64,000 nucleotides of DNA from Gemmatales bacterium (lineage in GTDB: Bacteria; Planctomycetota; Planctomycetia; Gemmatales; HRBIN36), in NCBI GenBank assembly GCA_041640595.1, contig JBEPZY010000007.1:149611-213610 (forward strand), given 5' to 3'. The translations under genes were made by a program, and so were the position numbers. Every line of letters begins with the position of its first letter. Position 1 is the stretch's first letter. Below the pieces are notes generated by a model. That model was not told the DNA's origin and did no database searches. It saw only the letters and a list, made by a program, of their open reading frames with translations. Shown piece by piece: positions 25,784 to 36,369 of the stretch.

Positions 25784-27232
25784 TTACTCCGGAAGTGGTT
25801 TTCCTTTGGTTTCCGGAGCGAACGGGAGCAGCACGAGCGGCACAAGATAGATCAGCGACAGTGTCAGTGCCGCGTAACGCAATGGAGTATCAATACTGCC
25901 CCAACTGCTCAGCCAGGTCAGCTCGGACAGGCCAAGTTTGCCTCGCTCCGAATCCGCTGGGGCAGCGAAGAGCCCCGTAATCAGCCCCAGTCCCATGGGG
26001 CCTAAAGCGGCGATGTAACGAGCAACGTTGTAGCAAAATCCAGTGCCGGTTGACCGCAATCGCGTCGGATACAGCTCCGGGAAGTAAATGGCAAATCCAC
26101 CAAAAACCATCAGCGTGCTGAAGCCAAGAATCGGGATCATCCAGTAAATCTCGCCGGTTTCGGTCAGGAAGCCAAACACCATTACCGTCGCGGCAAAGGC
26201 GGCCAGGTAAGCAATCGCAAAGGCCATGCGGCGATTTGTCCAGGCCGTCAGCACGCTGAATAAATAGATGCCGAAAAATGCTCCCAGGTTTTGCAGGAAG
26301 GAAGTGAGAAACACATACCGACTCTGTTGCTCTTTCGGGACAAAAGAGCGCACCAGTTCCGGCGTCCAGAAGCCAATACCCCAGAGGCCCACCACACCGC
26401 AGAAGGCCAGCGATACGCCAATAAACGTGTGGTAGCGCCAGCGGCGATCGGTAAACATTTCCCGCAGGTCGCCGAGTTGCCGGGCGGCAGCGTCGGCCGA
26501 TTTTCCCCGCGCCAAAGCTTCTCGCGCCTGCACCCAGCTTTCCGGTTCGCGTAAACGACGGCGAATGATGACCACGAGCAACGCTGGCAGAATCCCAACG
26601 AGAAACACCAACCGCCAGGCGGTCAGACCGGCCAGACCTTCTTCCGGCGCCAGTCCGAATATGACCCAGTAGATAACTGCCGCTAACATGTTGCCCACGG
26701 CCGATAGTGCCTGAAGTAAACCAAGCGCAAAAGGTCGAGCCCGCGTCGGCATAACCTCAGCAACCAGGGCTACGCCAGCGGCAAATTCTCCGCCCACTCC
26801 CAGCCCCGTCAAAAACCGATACACCGCAAAGTCCCACCAGCCTACCGATAAAGCCGACAGACCAGTAAACACTGAGTAGATCAGAATGGTCAACAGCATG
26901 GTGCGTGCCCGACCCCAGCGGTCGCCAAACATGCCGAATACCAGCCCACCGGTCGCCCACCCGATGATGAAGATGCTCGTCGCAAAACCACCGTAGCGCG
27001 CCACTTCCGGACTTTGCGGTGTCTGGCCCAGCAATTCGGCAATGGCCGGTTGTCGCACCAAAACGAATAGCTGCTGGTCCATCGTGTCGAACAGCCAGCC
27101 CAGCGCCGCCACTATCAGCACGAACCAGTGGTAACTATTCAATTCCGACCACCAGGGTCGGCTGGTCTGCCCCTGGATTCCGTTGGTGAACGCTGGGCGT
27201 TCAGAAGAGGGCATGTGCTCGGGTGTGTGCAT
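25784..27232 (-). CDS. MFS transporter
   Basis: LGWLFDTMD, GDRWGR motif A, GLGVGGE, ELYPTRLR and PETKG; start MHTPEH after AAGGA. Confidence 0.93.
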   Translation of the reverse strand: MHTPEHMPSSERPAFTNGIQGQTSRPWWSELNSYHWFVLIVAALGWLFDTMDQQLFVLVRQPAIAELLGQTPQSPEVARYGGFATSIFIIGWATGGLVFGMFGDRWGRARTMLLTILIYSVFTGLSALSVGWWDFAVYRFLTGLGVGGEFAAGVALVAEVMPTRARPFALGLLQALSAVGNMLAAVIYWVIFGLAPEEGLAGLTAWRLVFLVGILPALLVVIIRRRLREPESWVQAREALARGKSADAAARQLGDLREMFTDRRWRYHTFIGVSLAFCGVVGLWGIGFWTPELVRSFVPKEQQSRYVFLTSFLQNLGAFFGIYLFSVLTAWTNRRMAFAIAYLAAFAATVMVFGFLTETGEIYWMIPILGFSTLMVFGGFAIYFPELYPTRLRSTGTGFCYNVARYIAALGPMGLGLITGLFAAPADSERGKLGLSELTWLSSWGSIDTPLRYAALTLSLIYLVPLVLLPFAPETKGKPLPE

Positions 27233-27282
27233 CGGCGGTTCCTTTTTTCGCAAGACCGGCTTTGGCCTGCTCGGCCAGACTT

Positions 27283-28125
27283 TCAGGTCTGGCTTCGCGT
27301 CGCGTCCCAAATAAATCCGAAGAGTCGCTGCTTGGCGGACTGATCCAGTGCTGCCCCGTATTCACAGGGCTCAAAGACCTCAGCAAACTCCACACGAACC
27401 CCGTGGGTAGGTCCGTAGGCAGACATGAGCAACTCCCGGAAACGCTCCGCTTGCCGGCGAAGCCTGGGCAAGAATTGCTCCGCGAGCCATTGGCGCCGGG
27501 CCTCCGGCGTACCAGGCACCTCGTGCAATCGCCCGGTGTTATACGGCAGCCATTCGTAGAACTGCGACTGATGGCAGTGGAGCATGTCCAGGATGGTGTT
27601 CACCACCGGTCCCACATCAATGGCAACCTCCGGCTGAAACGGATACGGTTTCTGAAATTCGTCGGGGAAATAGCAAATTACCGGGTCGCGTGGCAGGTGC
27701 GGCACTTCTGGCGCAATCGCCGGCACCGTCAGCAGATATGCGGAGTCCTGCACAAGCTGACTCGTGTAACGATGGTCGGGATGATAGTCATTGGGGCGGT
27801 GCGTGAGCACCAGATCGGGGCGAAACTGCCGGATCAGTCGGATCATCCACAATCGGTTCTCCAACGTCGGCACCAGATGGCCGTCGGGCTGCGAGCCGAT
27901 TTCGTATTCCGCCCCGATGATACTGCAAGCTGCTGCGAATTCTCGACTGCGCCTTGCGGCCAGCGCTGGACCGGGATGCTCATGATGTCCTGCCTGACCA
28001 TTGGTAACGCTCACCATTTTGACCACGTGGCCGAACTGCCGATACAGCGTCGCCAGTCCTCCGGCATGATACTCACAATCATCAGGATGGGCTCCGATAA
28101 GCAGCAGCCGCAATGGTTCGCTCAT
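27283..28125 (-). CDS. PIG-L/LmbE family deacetylase
   Basis: GAHPDDCE and DYHPDH. Confidence 0.93.
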   Translation of the reverse strand: MSEPLRLLLIGAHPDDCEYHAGGLATLYRQFGHVVKMVSVTNGQAGHHEHPGPALAARRSREFAAACSIIGAEYEIGSQPDGHLVPTLENRLWMIRLIRQFRPDLVLTHRPNDYHPDHRYTSQLVQDSAYLLTVPAIAPEVPHLPRDPVICYFPDEFQKPYPFQPEVAIDVGPVVNTILDMLHCHQSQFYEWLPYNTGRLHEVPGTPEARRQWLAEQFLPRLRRQAERFRELLMSAYGPTHGVRVEFAEVFEPCEYGAALDQSAKQRLFGFIWDATRSQT

Positions 28126-28314
28126 GCTTTCAGCCTCAGCTCAGCGGTTATACTTTGCCTTCTTTGACCCGGAGACCCGTTCTGGTCATCGCATAGGGTA
28201 TAGCTCCGGGGCAGACGAAACCAGTCCACAAACCCGTTTCCCTTGCGTAAGATCATTGGCGAAGCGATAGGTGCTCGCGTTTCTGCTTGGCTATCCGGCA
28301 ACTGGAGGTGCCTT

Positions 28315-28989
28315 ATGCCCAGTCCGTTTCCCGGCATGGATCCTTACCTCGAAGAAGCCTGTATCTGGCCGGCTTTTCAGCAGGAATTTCTCCTTGGACT
28401 GGCCGATTTCATTCGCCGGAAGGCTCGCAGCGAGTATTCACTGCGTTTGGATGAATACTCCTACACGCACACGCTGACTTTGTTTACCTCCGTTGTCCAG
28501 GAGGAGCATCACGAAAAATTTCTGGAAATTCGCACCCGTAGCGGTCGTTTGGTGACGCGGATCGAGTTGCTTGGAATCGGCGTCCGCACGCTGTCAACGG
28601 GTCGAGAGGTTTATCAACGCCTTCGCGAAGCCACGCTCAAACAAGGAGTCAATCTCGTCGAACTCGATTTCCTCCTGCAAGGCCGGTCTCCGTTGCCCGT
28701 GGATCGCAGTCATCTGCCAGCTTTCGATTATCTGGTGGGGATCGTACGTAGTCGCTCTCCCGATCGCTACGAACTGCACACATTCACTATTGACCGGCGT
28801 CTTCCCAAGATTCGCCTGCCACTATTGCCTGACGATAACGATTTGATGGTGGACTTGCAGGAGATTTTCGATCGCACCTATGATCGCCTGGATTTTCACC
28901 TGGACTATGGCAAGCCACCTCCCGTACTCGTGCCGGAAAGTACCGCCCGCTGGATTGACCAGATACTTCGCGAGTACCGCACTGACTGA
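28315..28989 (+). CDS. DUF4058 family protein
   Basis: MPSPFPGMDPYLE N-terminus, LVELDFLLQG and LP.IRLPL...D..VDLQ; GGAGG RBS. Confidence 0.88.
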   Translation: MPSPFPGMDPYLEEACIWPAFQQEFLLGLADFIRRKARSEYSLRLDEYSYTHTLTLFTSVVQEEHHEKFLEIRTRSGRLVTRIELLGIGVRTLSTGREVYQRLREATLKQGVNLVELDFLLQGRSPLPVDRSHLPAFDYLVGIVRSRSPDRYELHTFTIDRRLPKIRLPLLPDDNDLMVDLQEIFDRTYDRLDFHLDYGKPPPVLVPESTARWIDQILREYRTD

Positions 28990-29037
28990 TGCGTGCGGAA
29001 TAGCATGCCCGTCGAGTTTCCGTAAGAAGGTCGGTCT

Positions 29038-29589
29038 ATGGCCCAGCCTCGCGTTCATCCGCCGGTTGTGCTTATCGTCGCTGCATTCAGTCGCTATCCT
29101 GATGCACTGCAATGGGCAACAGAACAATTACAAGAGAAATTCGGCCCCATTCTGGCGGTTTCTGATCCTTTCGACTTTGACCATACCGATTATTACACGG
29201 CCACTATGGGAAAAAACCTCCGCAAGCAACTGCTGGCCTTTGAAAATCTCATCCTGCCCGAAAGCCTGCCCGAGATCAAACTGCTCACCAACGACCTGGA
29301 AAACACCCTGGCGCAATCTGGCCGCTATCCGGAACCACGTCCTGTCAATCTTGACCCTGGCTATCTCGACGCCGGTAAGTTCATTTTGGCTACCACCAAA
29401 GACCATGCCCACCGCATCTACCTTCGCCAGGGTATTTTTGCCGAGGTTACTCTTTACTACGAGGGAAAACAATTTCGCCCCTGGCCGTGGACTTATCGCG
29501 ATTACCGCCAACCCTTAGTTTTGGATTTTCTGGAACAGGTGCGCACCTGGTATCGCCGACGGCTGCACGAATCTGCGGCAAATAGTTAG
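29038..29589 (+). CDS. DUF4416 family protein
   Basis: TDYY..MG, RPVNLDPGY, LATTKDHAHRIYL..GI.AEVTL and WTYRDY. Confidence 0.88.
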   Translation: MAQPRVHPPVVLIVAAFSRYPDALQWATEQLQEKFGPILAVSDPFDFDHTDYYTATMGKNLRKQLLAFENLILPESLPEIKLLTNDLENTLAQSGRYPEPRPVNLDPGYLDAGKFILATTKDHAHRIYLRQGIFAEVTLYYEGKQFRPWPWTYRDYRQPLVLDFLEQVRTWYRRRLHESAANS

Positions 29590-29768
29590 CCCTGCAAATC
29601 CAGCCATTGCTGGAGCGATTGAATTTCCGGATGCCCGGCTAATCCATCCGGATGGTTTTCCTCCAGAGTCGGTGCAGCCAGAACAGGGTTGTGTTGCTGG
29701 TCGTCGTCGCCATCTTCCAGGGCCGGAGGAATTTCGACCACCACACGCTTACCAAAATAGGCCGGCAT
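29586..29768 (-). CDS. Small acidic hypothetical protein (60 aa)
   Basis: AGGGG RBS-like sequence before MPAYFG; stop overlaps the convergent DUF4416 stop. Confidence 0.45.
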   Translation of the reverse strand: MPAYFGKRVVVEIPPALEDGDDDQQHNPVLAAPTLEENHPDGLAGHPEIQSLQQWLDLQG

Positions 29769-30007
29769 AGTTTCGTCCCCTGGATCGGTATGCCAACTAA
29801 TGAGAATTGCACCACCATCCGACCCTTGCATGGCCGGCTGGGGTTATCCATTTTGGTACCGGGAGCTACGCGACTATGCCCGGTTCCCATACTATTCTAA
29901 AACACAAACCCCTAATATACCGTGGCCGGGCCAGCCAATTTTGCTTCCTTGCTCGACCTTGCACCGGTATAAACGGACTGGGGCGGAAATTCAGTCGGGA
30001 GACCATC

Positions 30008-30418
30008 ATGCCCGAGTGGCTTTTCAAAGAGGAACCGACTCATTATTCTTTTGACGACCTTGTACGCGAAGGTCGGACTACCTGGCATGGCGTAACTAAT
30101 GCCCTGGCCCTCAAATATCTCTCTCAGGTTCACCGCGGCGACCTAATTTTTTATTACCACACCGGCAGCGAAAAGGCTGTTGTGGGCATTATGCGGGCTG
30201 TCACCGACGCATATCTGCCAGGGAAGGAAACGAAACTCTACGTTGTAGATGTAGAGCCAGTCGAAAAACTGCCACGCCCGGTCTCGCTGGCGGAAATCAA
30301 GGCGCAGCCCCAGTGCACTGACTGGGAGCTTGTACGCTTGCCCAGATTGTCCGTTATGCCGGTGCCCAGAGCCATTTGGAATCTAATATTGAAACTGGCA
30401 AGAAAACGCTGTCAATAG
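30008..30418 (+). CDS. EVE domain protein
   Basis: WLFKEEP..YS.DDL, W.GV.N..A, GD.IFYYHTG and RLSVMPV. Confidence 0.93.
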   Translation: MPEWLFKEEPTHYSFDDLVREGRTTWHGVTNALALKYLSQVHRGDLIFYYHTGSEKAVVGIMRAVTDAYLPGKETKLYVVDVEPVEKLPRPVSLAEIKAQPQCTDWELVRLPRLSVMPVPRAIWNLILKLARKRCQ

Positions 30419-30466
30419 CGAATTTCCCTGCCGACATTGTTTCTGTTCTTATTACGGGATGCCTGA

Positions 30467-31168
30467 ATGACAGCAGCCGATCGACAGCCTGGCCTTGTGG
30501 TACGCGAACTTACCAAAAACTATATAATGCCCGGAGGAGTGTTGGAGGTTCTCAAAGGTATAGACCTTGATGTCTTTCCTGGTGAAGCCGTCGTTATCAT
30601 GGGGCCTAGCGGGTCCGGCAAAAGTACGCTGCTCTATATACTCGGAACCCTGGACTGGCCAACCAGCGGTACGGTATTGCTGCAGGGCGAAAATCCTTTT
30701 TTGCGTCCTCCGCCTGAATTGGCTCGCTTTCGCAATGAACGGATCGGGTTTGTATTTCAAGAACATTATCTAATGCCGCAATGCACGGTTTGGGAGAATG
30801 TCTTAGTTCCCAGTCTGGTCAACGAACGACAACGATCTGCAGCACCGCAGCGCGCACGCGAGCTCCTTGAACAGGTCGGACTAAGTCACCGATTGCATCA
30901 TTCACCAGCGGAATTATCGGGAGGAGAACGGCAGCGCGTCGCTATAGCCCGCGCTCTAATAAACAACCCACTCCTCGTGCTTGCTGATGAACCGACGGGC
31001 AACCTTGACCGCCATTCCGCACAGATAGTTACTTCCTTGCTGCTGGAAATAGCCCAACTGCACCGCGTTATACTTATCGTGGTCACTCACAGTATAGAAG
31101 TGGCGCGTCGGTTCCCACGTCGCTACGAATTACTTGATGGCCGATTGTCTCCCCTGACAATTAGCTAG
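30467..31168 (+). CDS. ABC transporter ATP-binding protein (LolD/MacB-type)
   Basis: [27 protein letters not shown] and VVTH. Confidence 0.95.
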   Translation: MTAADRQPGLVVRELTKNYIMPGGVLEVLKGIDLDVFPGEAVVIMGPSGSGKSTLLYILGTLDWPTSGTVLLQGENPFLRPPPELARFRNERIGFVFQEHYLMPQCTVWENVLVPSLVNERQRSAAPQRARELLEQVGLSHRLHHSPAELSGGERQRVAIARALINNPLLVLADEPTGNLDRHSAQIVTSLLLEIAQLHRVILIVVTHSIEVARRFPRRYELLDGRLSPLTIS

Positions 31169-31177
31169 ACACCGAGC

Positions 31178-34100
31178 TTGATGACCCACGAAATCGCTCC
31201 TGTGAGGATGACGCTGCTAACTCTCTGGTGGAGAAATCTTCGCTTCCATGCCCGAGCCCATCTGGTTATCTTTCTCGGCAGCATGATTACTTGTGCTACG
31301 CTCACCGGAGCCCTGTTAGTGGGTGCGTCATTACAGGAAAGTTTGCTACGCCTCAACCAGCAACGCCTGGGCCTGATTCAGCAAGCGATTGTGAGCAGCC
31401 AATTCTTCGAATCAGCATTGGCAGAACGGCTGGCCCAGCAGGAAATCATTCGGTCTCATGGAGTTTGCGTCGTACCCGTCTTGCAATTAGCCGGGACGGT
31501 TATTGTTCGGCACGCAGATGGGCGGCTAGCTAGTTATGTCAGGCAGGTACAGGTGCTCGGGGTTCCAGATGAATTCTGGCGTCTGTTCGGAACCCAAGTC
31601 CCTGACTTGACCGCGGCTATAGCAGTAAATGACGTGCTTGCAAATCGGCTCAACATAACACCGGGAGCACTCTTGGAATTGCGATTGCAGCGACCCAGTA
31701 CGATCCCGGCCGAAACATTAGTGGGCCGTGCAACCGACGAATCGGGCAGCGCCTGGCAATCCACGGTCAATATACAGAGTCGGCCGGTCAATTATATCGT
31801 CTCCCCTCGTGAGGGTGGGCGATTTACTCTCTATCCACAAGCACACGCTCCACTAACTGTGTACCTGCCACTTACCGACTTGCAACGCCGATTGCGCGAA
31901 CCGCTCAATCTGCAAAGTCCGGCTAATGTACTGCTGATAGGCAATTCTAATATGGGGCGACCAGTCTCTCTTTCCGATGTGGCACGTGCTTTACGCCAGG
32001 CTTTACGACTGGAAGATTATGGATTGCGTTTGCGACTTGCTGCCGGGCCTGCAAGATATGTAGCTGTGGAGTCGAACCGCTTGCTACTGGAAGACCGCGT
32101 GGCACAGGCCGCAATCGAGGCTGCTGAGAAGCTCGGCTATACTGCCAGACCGACATTGACGTATCTGGTAAATCTAACCTGGTGCCCGGAGGAGTGGTTT
32201 CCAGGATTATGCTTCGCTATAGGAAGCCAGTGTATAGGTGACAATGTTATACAACGGGTGCTGGCCTGGCACTGGTGTTATCATTATGTGCCATATATGA
32301 CGGTAACGGTATTAGACCCCAGCGAAGATGAGCCATGGGGCCCTTTTTTGTGCCTCGATGGCAGCCGCTGGACGCGCAAACTTCGCCCAGGAGAAATCTT
32401 GCTCACGGAACCGGTTGCTTATGATCTATTGCCATTTAGCTGGGGTGTTGCTAGGGGCGACGTTCCAGGCGACGAGCGGGTTATTCGAGTTCGCTATTTC
32501 CTCGAATCTGGAGGTTGGCTGCTCAAGGAACGAGAAGCGTCTTTGAAACTGGCTGGCATACTTGCCTGGAAAGGAGCGACCGTTGATCCGGTGTTAACTC
32601 CCGAATTTCCCGGGTTACGTGGGAGCAGCCCCAGGGATTGGAAGCCTCCGTTTCCCCGCACGCAGTGGCATCCGGAATGGATCCGCGGTGCCGACGACCG
32701 GCACTGGCAAAAACACAGGGCAGCGCCAAGAGCGTTTGTATCTGCCGAGACTGCCGAAAAGTTGGGTTGGTTTAGCCGACACGGTAAATGGACCTCTGTG
32801 CGAATAGCGTCGGCCGATCCGCGTATTTCCCTCGACGAATTGATGAAAAACGTGGAACGCACATTGTTAGAAGCGTTATCACCGGAGCAATACGGATTTA
32901 CATTACTGGCATCCCGGAGCGAAGCGGAAGCTGCTACCCAGCAAGGACCAGCAAGCATGTTTGGAATGATCTTTCTAAGCTTCAGTGCGGTTCTATCGGT
33001 TTCTGCTCTCATCTTGATTGTTTTATTAGTGCGGCTACATTTGCTGGAGCGATCTAAGGAGTTTGGGCTATTAGCCGCCTTGGGCTTTCGTCCAAGCGTA
33101 ATACGGCTCATGCTAATACTGGAATTAGCGCCCGCTATCATCCTAGGTTGTTTGGCAGCCACGCCGCTATCCGTGGGTTACGCAGCGATGTTGTTACAAT
33201 GGATTAGGTGGCGCTGGCCTGGCGAGGCCCTGCCTGAGGTTTTCCAATCGTACTTTGCTACCGACTGGCATGCCTGGAGTATCTTGATAAACCGCGCCAT
33301 GTTACCTGGTGTGGTCATAAGTGGCCTGGCGGGTATCGTTGCAGCGCTCCTGGCGATTAGAGAAATTAGACAGTGGTCGCCACGTGCTCTTTTGACAGGG
33401 CAGGTTTCGGAAGAAGTGGCAAGGTCGTACTCAGCTTTCCGACCGTGGTTAGATTACACTGTTGGCGGTGGTTTTCTCATAACTGCTCTGGCGTGTATGC
33501 TGGCAGGATTTCTCCGTGAGACTTATGAGGCACCCATCTGGTTTTTCGCTGGTGGTGGAGCCCTCTTATTGTTTGGATTGTTGCTGCTCAAGTCTGGGCT
33601 TCGACGGCTAGGCCCCGACTTAGTTAATCGGCCCAACTGGGTATGGTTGGGCTTACGGTTTGTTTCGCGACAACCTCGGCGAAATATGCTTACCGCTGCC
33701 CTGCTGGCGGTTGCCGTTTTCCTGATTAGTGCCGTGCAGGCCTTTTATAAGATGCCGCCGACGGATCCTTACATGGTGTCCTCTGGGACAGGGGGTTTTG
33801 CATTACTCGCGGAAAGCGATATACCTTTGCCATTTGTTCCGGAAACTGAGTCGGATTGGCAAGCACTGCTGCCGGACTGGGCACCTGAACAAATCAAGCA
33901 GCTTCTCAGAACTTTGGAAACTTGGGATGTGCGGATTTATGGTTGCCGGGTACAGCCTGGGGAGGATGTTAGTTGTCTCAATCTTTACCGACCGCATCGT
34001 CCACGTATTCTTGGTTTACCGGACTCACTAATTCGACGCGACGGTTTCTGGCTAAGCGACATACTTATCTCGAATCCCGACGAGCGGAAGAATCCGTGGC

Positions 34101-34849
34101 TTGCTTTGTATAAAGAGGAAATTTGCACACCAGCATTTGCGGATGCACAAACCGCTGAATGGGTGCTTCACGCCAGGGTGGGAGACGTTTTAACATACCC
34201 TGTGGGAGCAGGTGAACCGGTGAATCTTCGGCTGGTCGGCTTGCTGCGCGACAGTATTTTTCAGGGTGTGCTGCTGGTTAGTGAAAGGCAGTTCACGCGG
34301 CTTTTTCCAGGCCGATATGGTTATAGTTTCTTTCTCATCGAAACCAGGCAGGATGTTCCGGTACAGCTTGTCCGCGAATGTCTCGAATCTGCCTTAGGAG
34401 AACGCTATGGTTTTGGCGTTAGGCCTGCACTTGATGTGCTGGCTGAATTTGCCGGCATCGAAAATCTATATCTGCTAAGTTTCCAGTTGTTAGGCGGTAT
34501 AGGACTAATGTTAGGGGCCTGTGGACTTGGAGTGGTGTTGTTGCGCAACGTCTGGGAAAGAAGCGGCGAACTGGCACTATTACAGGCGCTGGGCTATCCG
34601 AGGCGGGTGCTCGCAATCTTACTGCTTATCGAAAACGGAACCGTGACCCTGATGGGCGTGGGGATCGGTCTAATGGCGGCGTTGCTGGGCCTGGTTCCTC
34701 ATTTGTCGTCAGGTGTTGACGTATTAGCATTCGTTATGCGGCTGGCGATCTTGATGGTAACCGTGTTGGCAACCGGCATTGTATCGGGCATACTAGCAGT
34801 TCGTAAGGCGCTACGACTACCTATTTTGGCTATCTTGCGTCGCGAGTAA
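31178..34849 (+). CDS. Large double FtsX/MacB-type ABC permease
   Basis: Two FtsX-like TM modules (ERSKEFGLLAALGF; ERSGELALLQALGY) with large extracytoplasmic domains; follows the ATPase. Confidence 0.88.
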   Translation: MMTHEIAPVRMTLLTLWWRNLRFHARAHLVIFLGSMITCATLTGALLVGASLQESLLRLNQQRLGLIQQAIVSSQFFESALAERLAQQEIIRSHGVCVVPVLQLAGTVIVRHADGRLASYVRQVQVLGVPDEFWRLFGTQVPDLTAAIAVNDVLANRLNITPGALLELRLQRPSTIPAETLVGRATDESGSAWQSTVNIQSRPVNYIVSPREGGRFTLYPQAHAPLTVYLPLTDLQRRLREPLNLQSPANVLLIGNSNMGRPVSLSDVARALRQALRLEDYGLRLRLAAGPARYVAVESNRLLLEDRVAQAAIEAAEKLGYTARPTLTYLVNLTWCPEEWFPGLCFAIGSQCIGDNVIQRVLAWHWCYHYVPYMTVTVLDPSEDEPWGPFLCLDGSRWTRKLRPGEILLTEPVAYDLLPFSWGVARGDVPGDERVIRVRYFLESGGWLLKEREASLKLAGILAWKGATVDPVLTPEFPGLRGSSPRDWKPPFPRTQWHPEWIRGADDRHWQKHRAAPRAFVSAETAEKLGWFSRHGKWTSVRIASADPRISLDELMKNVERTLLEALSPEQYGFTLLASRSEAEAATQQGPASMFGMIFLSFSAVLSVSALILIVLLVRLHLLERSKEFGLLAALGFRPSVIRLMLILELAPAIILGCLAATPLSVGYAAMLLQWIRWRWPGEALPEVFQSYFATDWHAWSILINRAMLPGVVISGLAGIVAALLAIREIRQWSPRALLTGQVSEEVARSYSAFRPWLDYTVGGGFLITALACMLAGFLRETYEAPIWFFAGGGALLLFGLLLLKSGLRRLGPDLVNRPNWVWLGLRFVSRQPRRNMLTAALLAVAVFLISAVQAFYKMPPTDPYMVSSGTGGFALLAESDIPLPFVPETESDWQALLPDWAPEQIKQLLRTLETWDVRIYGCRVQPGEDVSCLNLYRPHRPRILGLPDSLIRRDGFWLSDILISNPDERKNPWLALYKEEICTPAFADAQTAEWVLHARVGDVLTYPVGAGEPVNLRLVGLLRDSIFQGVLLVSERQFTRLFPGRYGYSFFLIETRQDVPVQLVRECLESALGERYGFGVRPALDVLAEFAGIENLYLLSFQLLGGIGLMLGACGLGVVLLRNVWERSGELALLQALGYPRRVLAILLLIENGTVTLMGVGIGLMAALLGLVPHLSSGVDVLAFVMRLAILMVTVLATGIVSGILAVRKALRLPILAILRRE

Positions 34850-34950
34850 CCTAAGTTGGATGGTTCGGAATAGCTTAGCCCGTGCGCCTTTGTCAAGAAA
34901 ATGAAAAATCTGGCTGGGAGGAACGCATAAGTTAGGTGGCTCTAAATAGC

Positions 34951-36231
34951 TTAGTCCATGTTTCTGGCCGAAGGCGGAGGTTCCCAGCGGAGCGACCAGC
35001 AGATGACCAGAACACTAATCATGGATATGGCAACTGATAAACCCAGAGGCAAAGCAATCGCCCCCAGAGCCAGCCATTTGCCGAGCCAGGGCATGAGCAG
35101 TCCACGCAGGCCGTTCAGGATGAAATGAATCCCGTTATAGGTCGGGATATCATCGGGCGCGGGTGCGAACTGTACTGAAGCCAAAGCCCAGGTTACTTGA
35201 CCGCCACCTTCTGAGACACCGCGCAGGATACTGCCTAGGTACATCAATGCCGGCACCAGCCAGATGAGACCGCCCAGGTAACAGGCCAGATAGGCGGTCA
35301 TCACGATGGCGATGATCAGGCGGGTTCGGACGATGCCGATGCGATCCAGTATCCAGCCCCATAGCGGAGAGGTGAGGGCAAGCACAAGCTGCGGCACGAC
35401 CGTCATCCAGAGAGTGATTGCTCCGGTGTCCCAGCCCAGTCGGTCATGGGCCAAAACGATGCTGACTCCCCAGCTGATAAAGAAAGCGGAACCGGACAGG
35501 AAGAACGCTACCTCGAAATAACGGAAGCGGCGATCCTGGAGCATGACCCTGCGTGCGCGGTTCCACGCCGAGCGCCACGATGCCTGTTGAGAACGGGGCG
35601 AGCGATACCGTAAACGCAATTGCGAGTAAAACACGCAACCGACCAGGCCGGATAGGCCCGCCAATGGATAGAGCCACTGGTAACTGCGTGGGTCGTAGTC
35701 GGACACCTGTCCAGCAAGCAAGGCGGCAATTACCATGCCCAGGTAGTTCCAAAAAATGAGCAGACCAAGGACGCGCCCGAAGAGACTGCGGGGATAGGTG
35801 CAGTGGTAAGTGCTGGACTGTCCCATACGCATGCCGGAATGGAAGAGCTGTGCGATAGCGATGATGGCGGTAAAAATAGCCCCGTTGTCCACCCAGTAGA
35901 GCGCGAAGAGCGGCAAGTTGGCTAATAGTGCAGTCTGCAGTACCAGCTGGTGCATGCCGACACGCCGACCCCAGGCAGCCCACAACGGACCCAGGAACGC
36001 ACCACAGGGGAAGGCACAGGTGATTACGGTGACGTAAGCCATCCGCGTCGGCAGGTCTGCGTCGAAACAGGTGGTGGCGATGGCAGGGGCGGCGAAAAGG
36101 ATCATGCCCATGAAAAAGCCGTTGAAGATCGAAAAGAGGCTTTCCATGAGCAGGTTATGGCGAAGTAATCGGTCGGGGAAGTCAAGGGCCAGGCTCTCGT
36201 CTGGCGTAGCAGCGTGTGTGACGGTACTCAT
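34951..36231 (-). CDS. MFS transporter
   Basis: About 12 hydrophobic segments; SPLWGWILDRIG motif-A-like loop; start may be 36261. Confidence 0.8.
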   Translation of the reverse strand: MSTVTHAATPDESLALDFPDRLLRHNLLMESLFSIFNGFFMGMILFAAPAIATTCFDADLPTRMAYVTVITCAFPCGAFLGPLWAAWGRRVGMHQLVLQTALLANLPLFALYWVDNGAIFTAIIAIAQLFHSGMRMGQSSTYHCTYPRSLFGRVLGLLIFWNYLGMVIAALLAGQVSDYDPRSYQWLYPLAGLSGLVGCVFYSQLRLRYRSPRSQQASWRSAWNRARRVMLQDRRFRYFEVAFFLSGSAFFISWGVSIVLAHDRLGWDTGAITLWMTVVPQLVLALTSPLWGWILDRIGIVRTRLIIAIVMTAYLACYLGGLIWLVPALMYLGSILRGVSEGGGQVTWALASVQFAPAPDDIPTYNGIHFILNGLRGLLMPWLGKWLALGAIALPLGLSVAISMISVLVICWSLRWEPPPSARNMD

Positions 36232-36369
36232 GGTTGAGCGGGAGTGCTGAAAAGGGAACATTCGTCGGCAGGCATCCGCTTTACTATACCATCAGTGAGG
36301 CAGATTGTCCCGAAGGAATCGGTACGGGGACTGGCAAGTATTAGCAAAACTTTAGCGACGACAAGGGAA

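Noticed and set aside
30467..34849. LolD/FtsX-type ABC pair as the missing motor of the MFP triad
   Set aside because: About 9 kb away, on the opposite strand, separated by unrelated genes; nothing in the sequence links them, though action in trans cannot be excluded.
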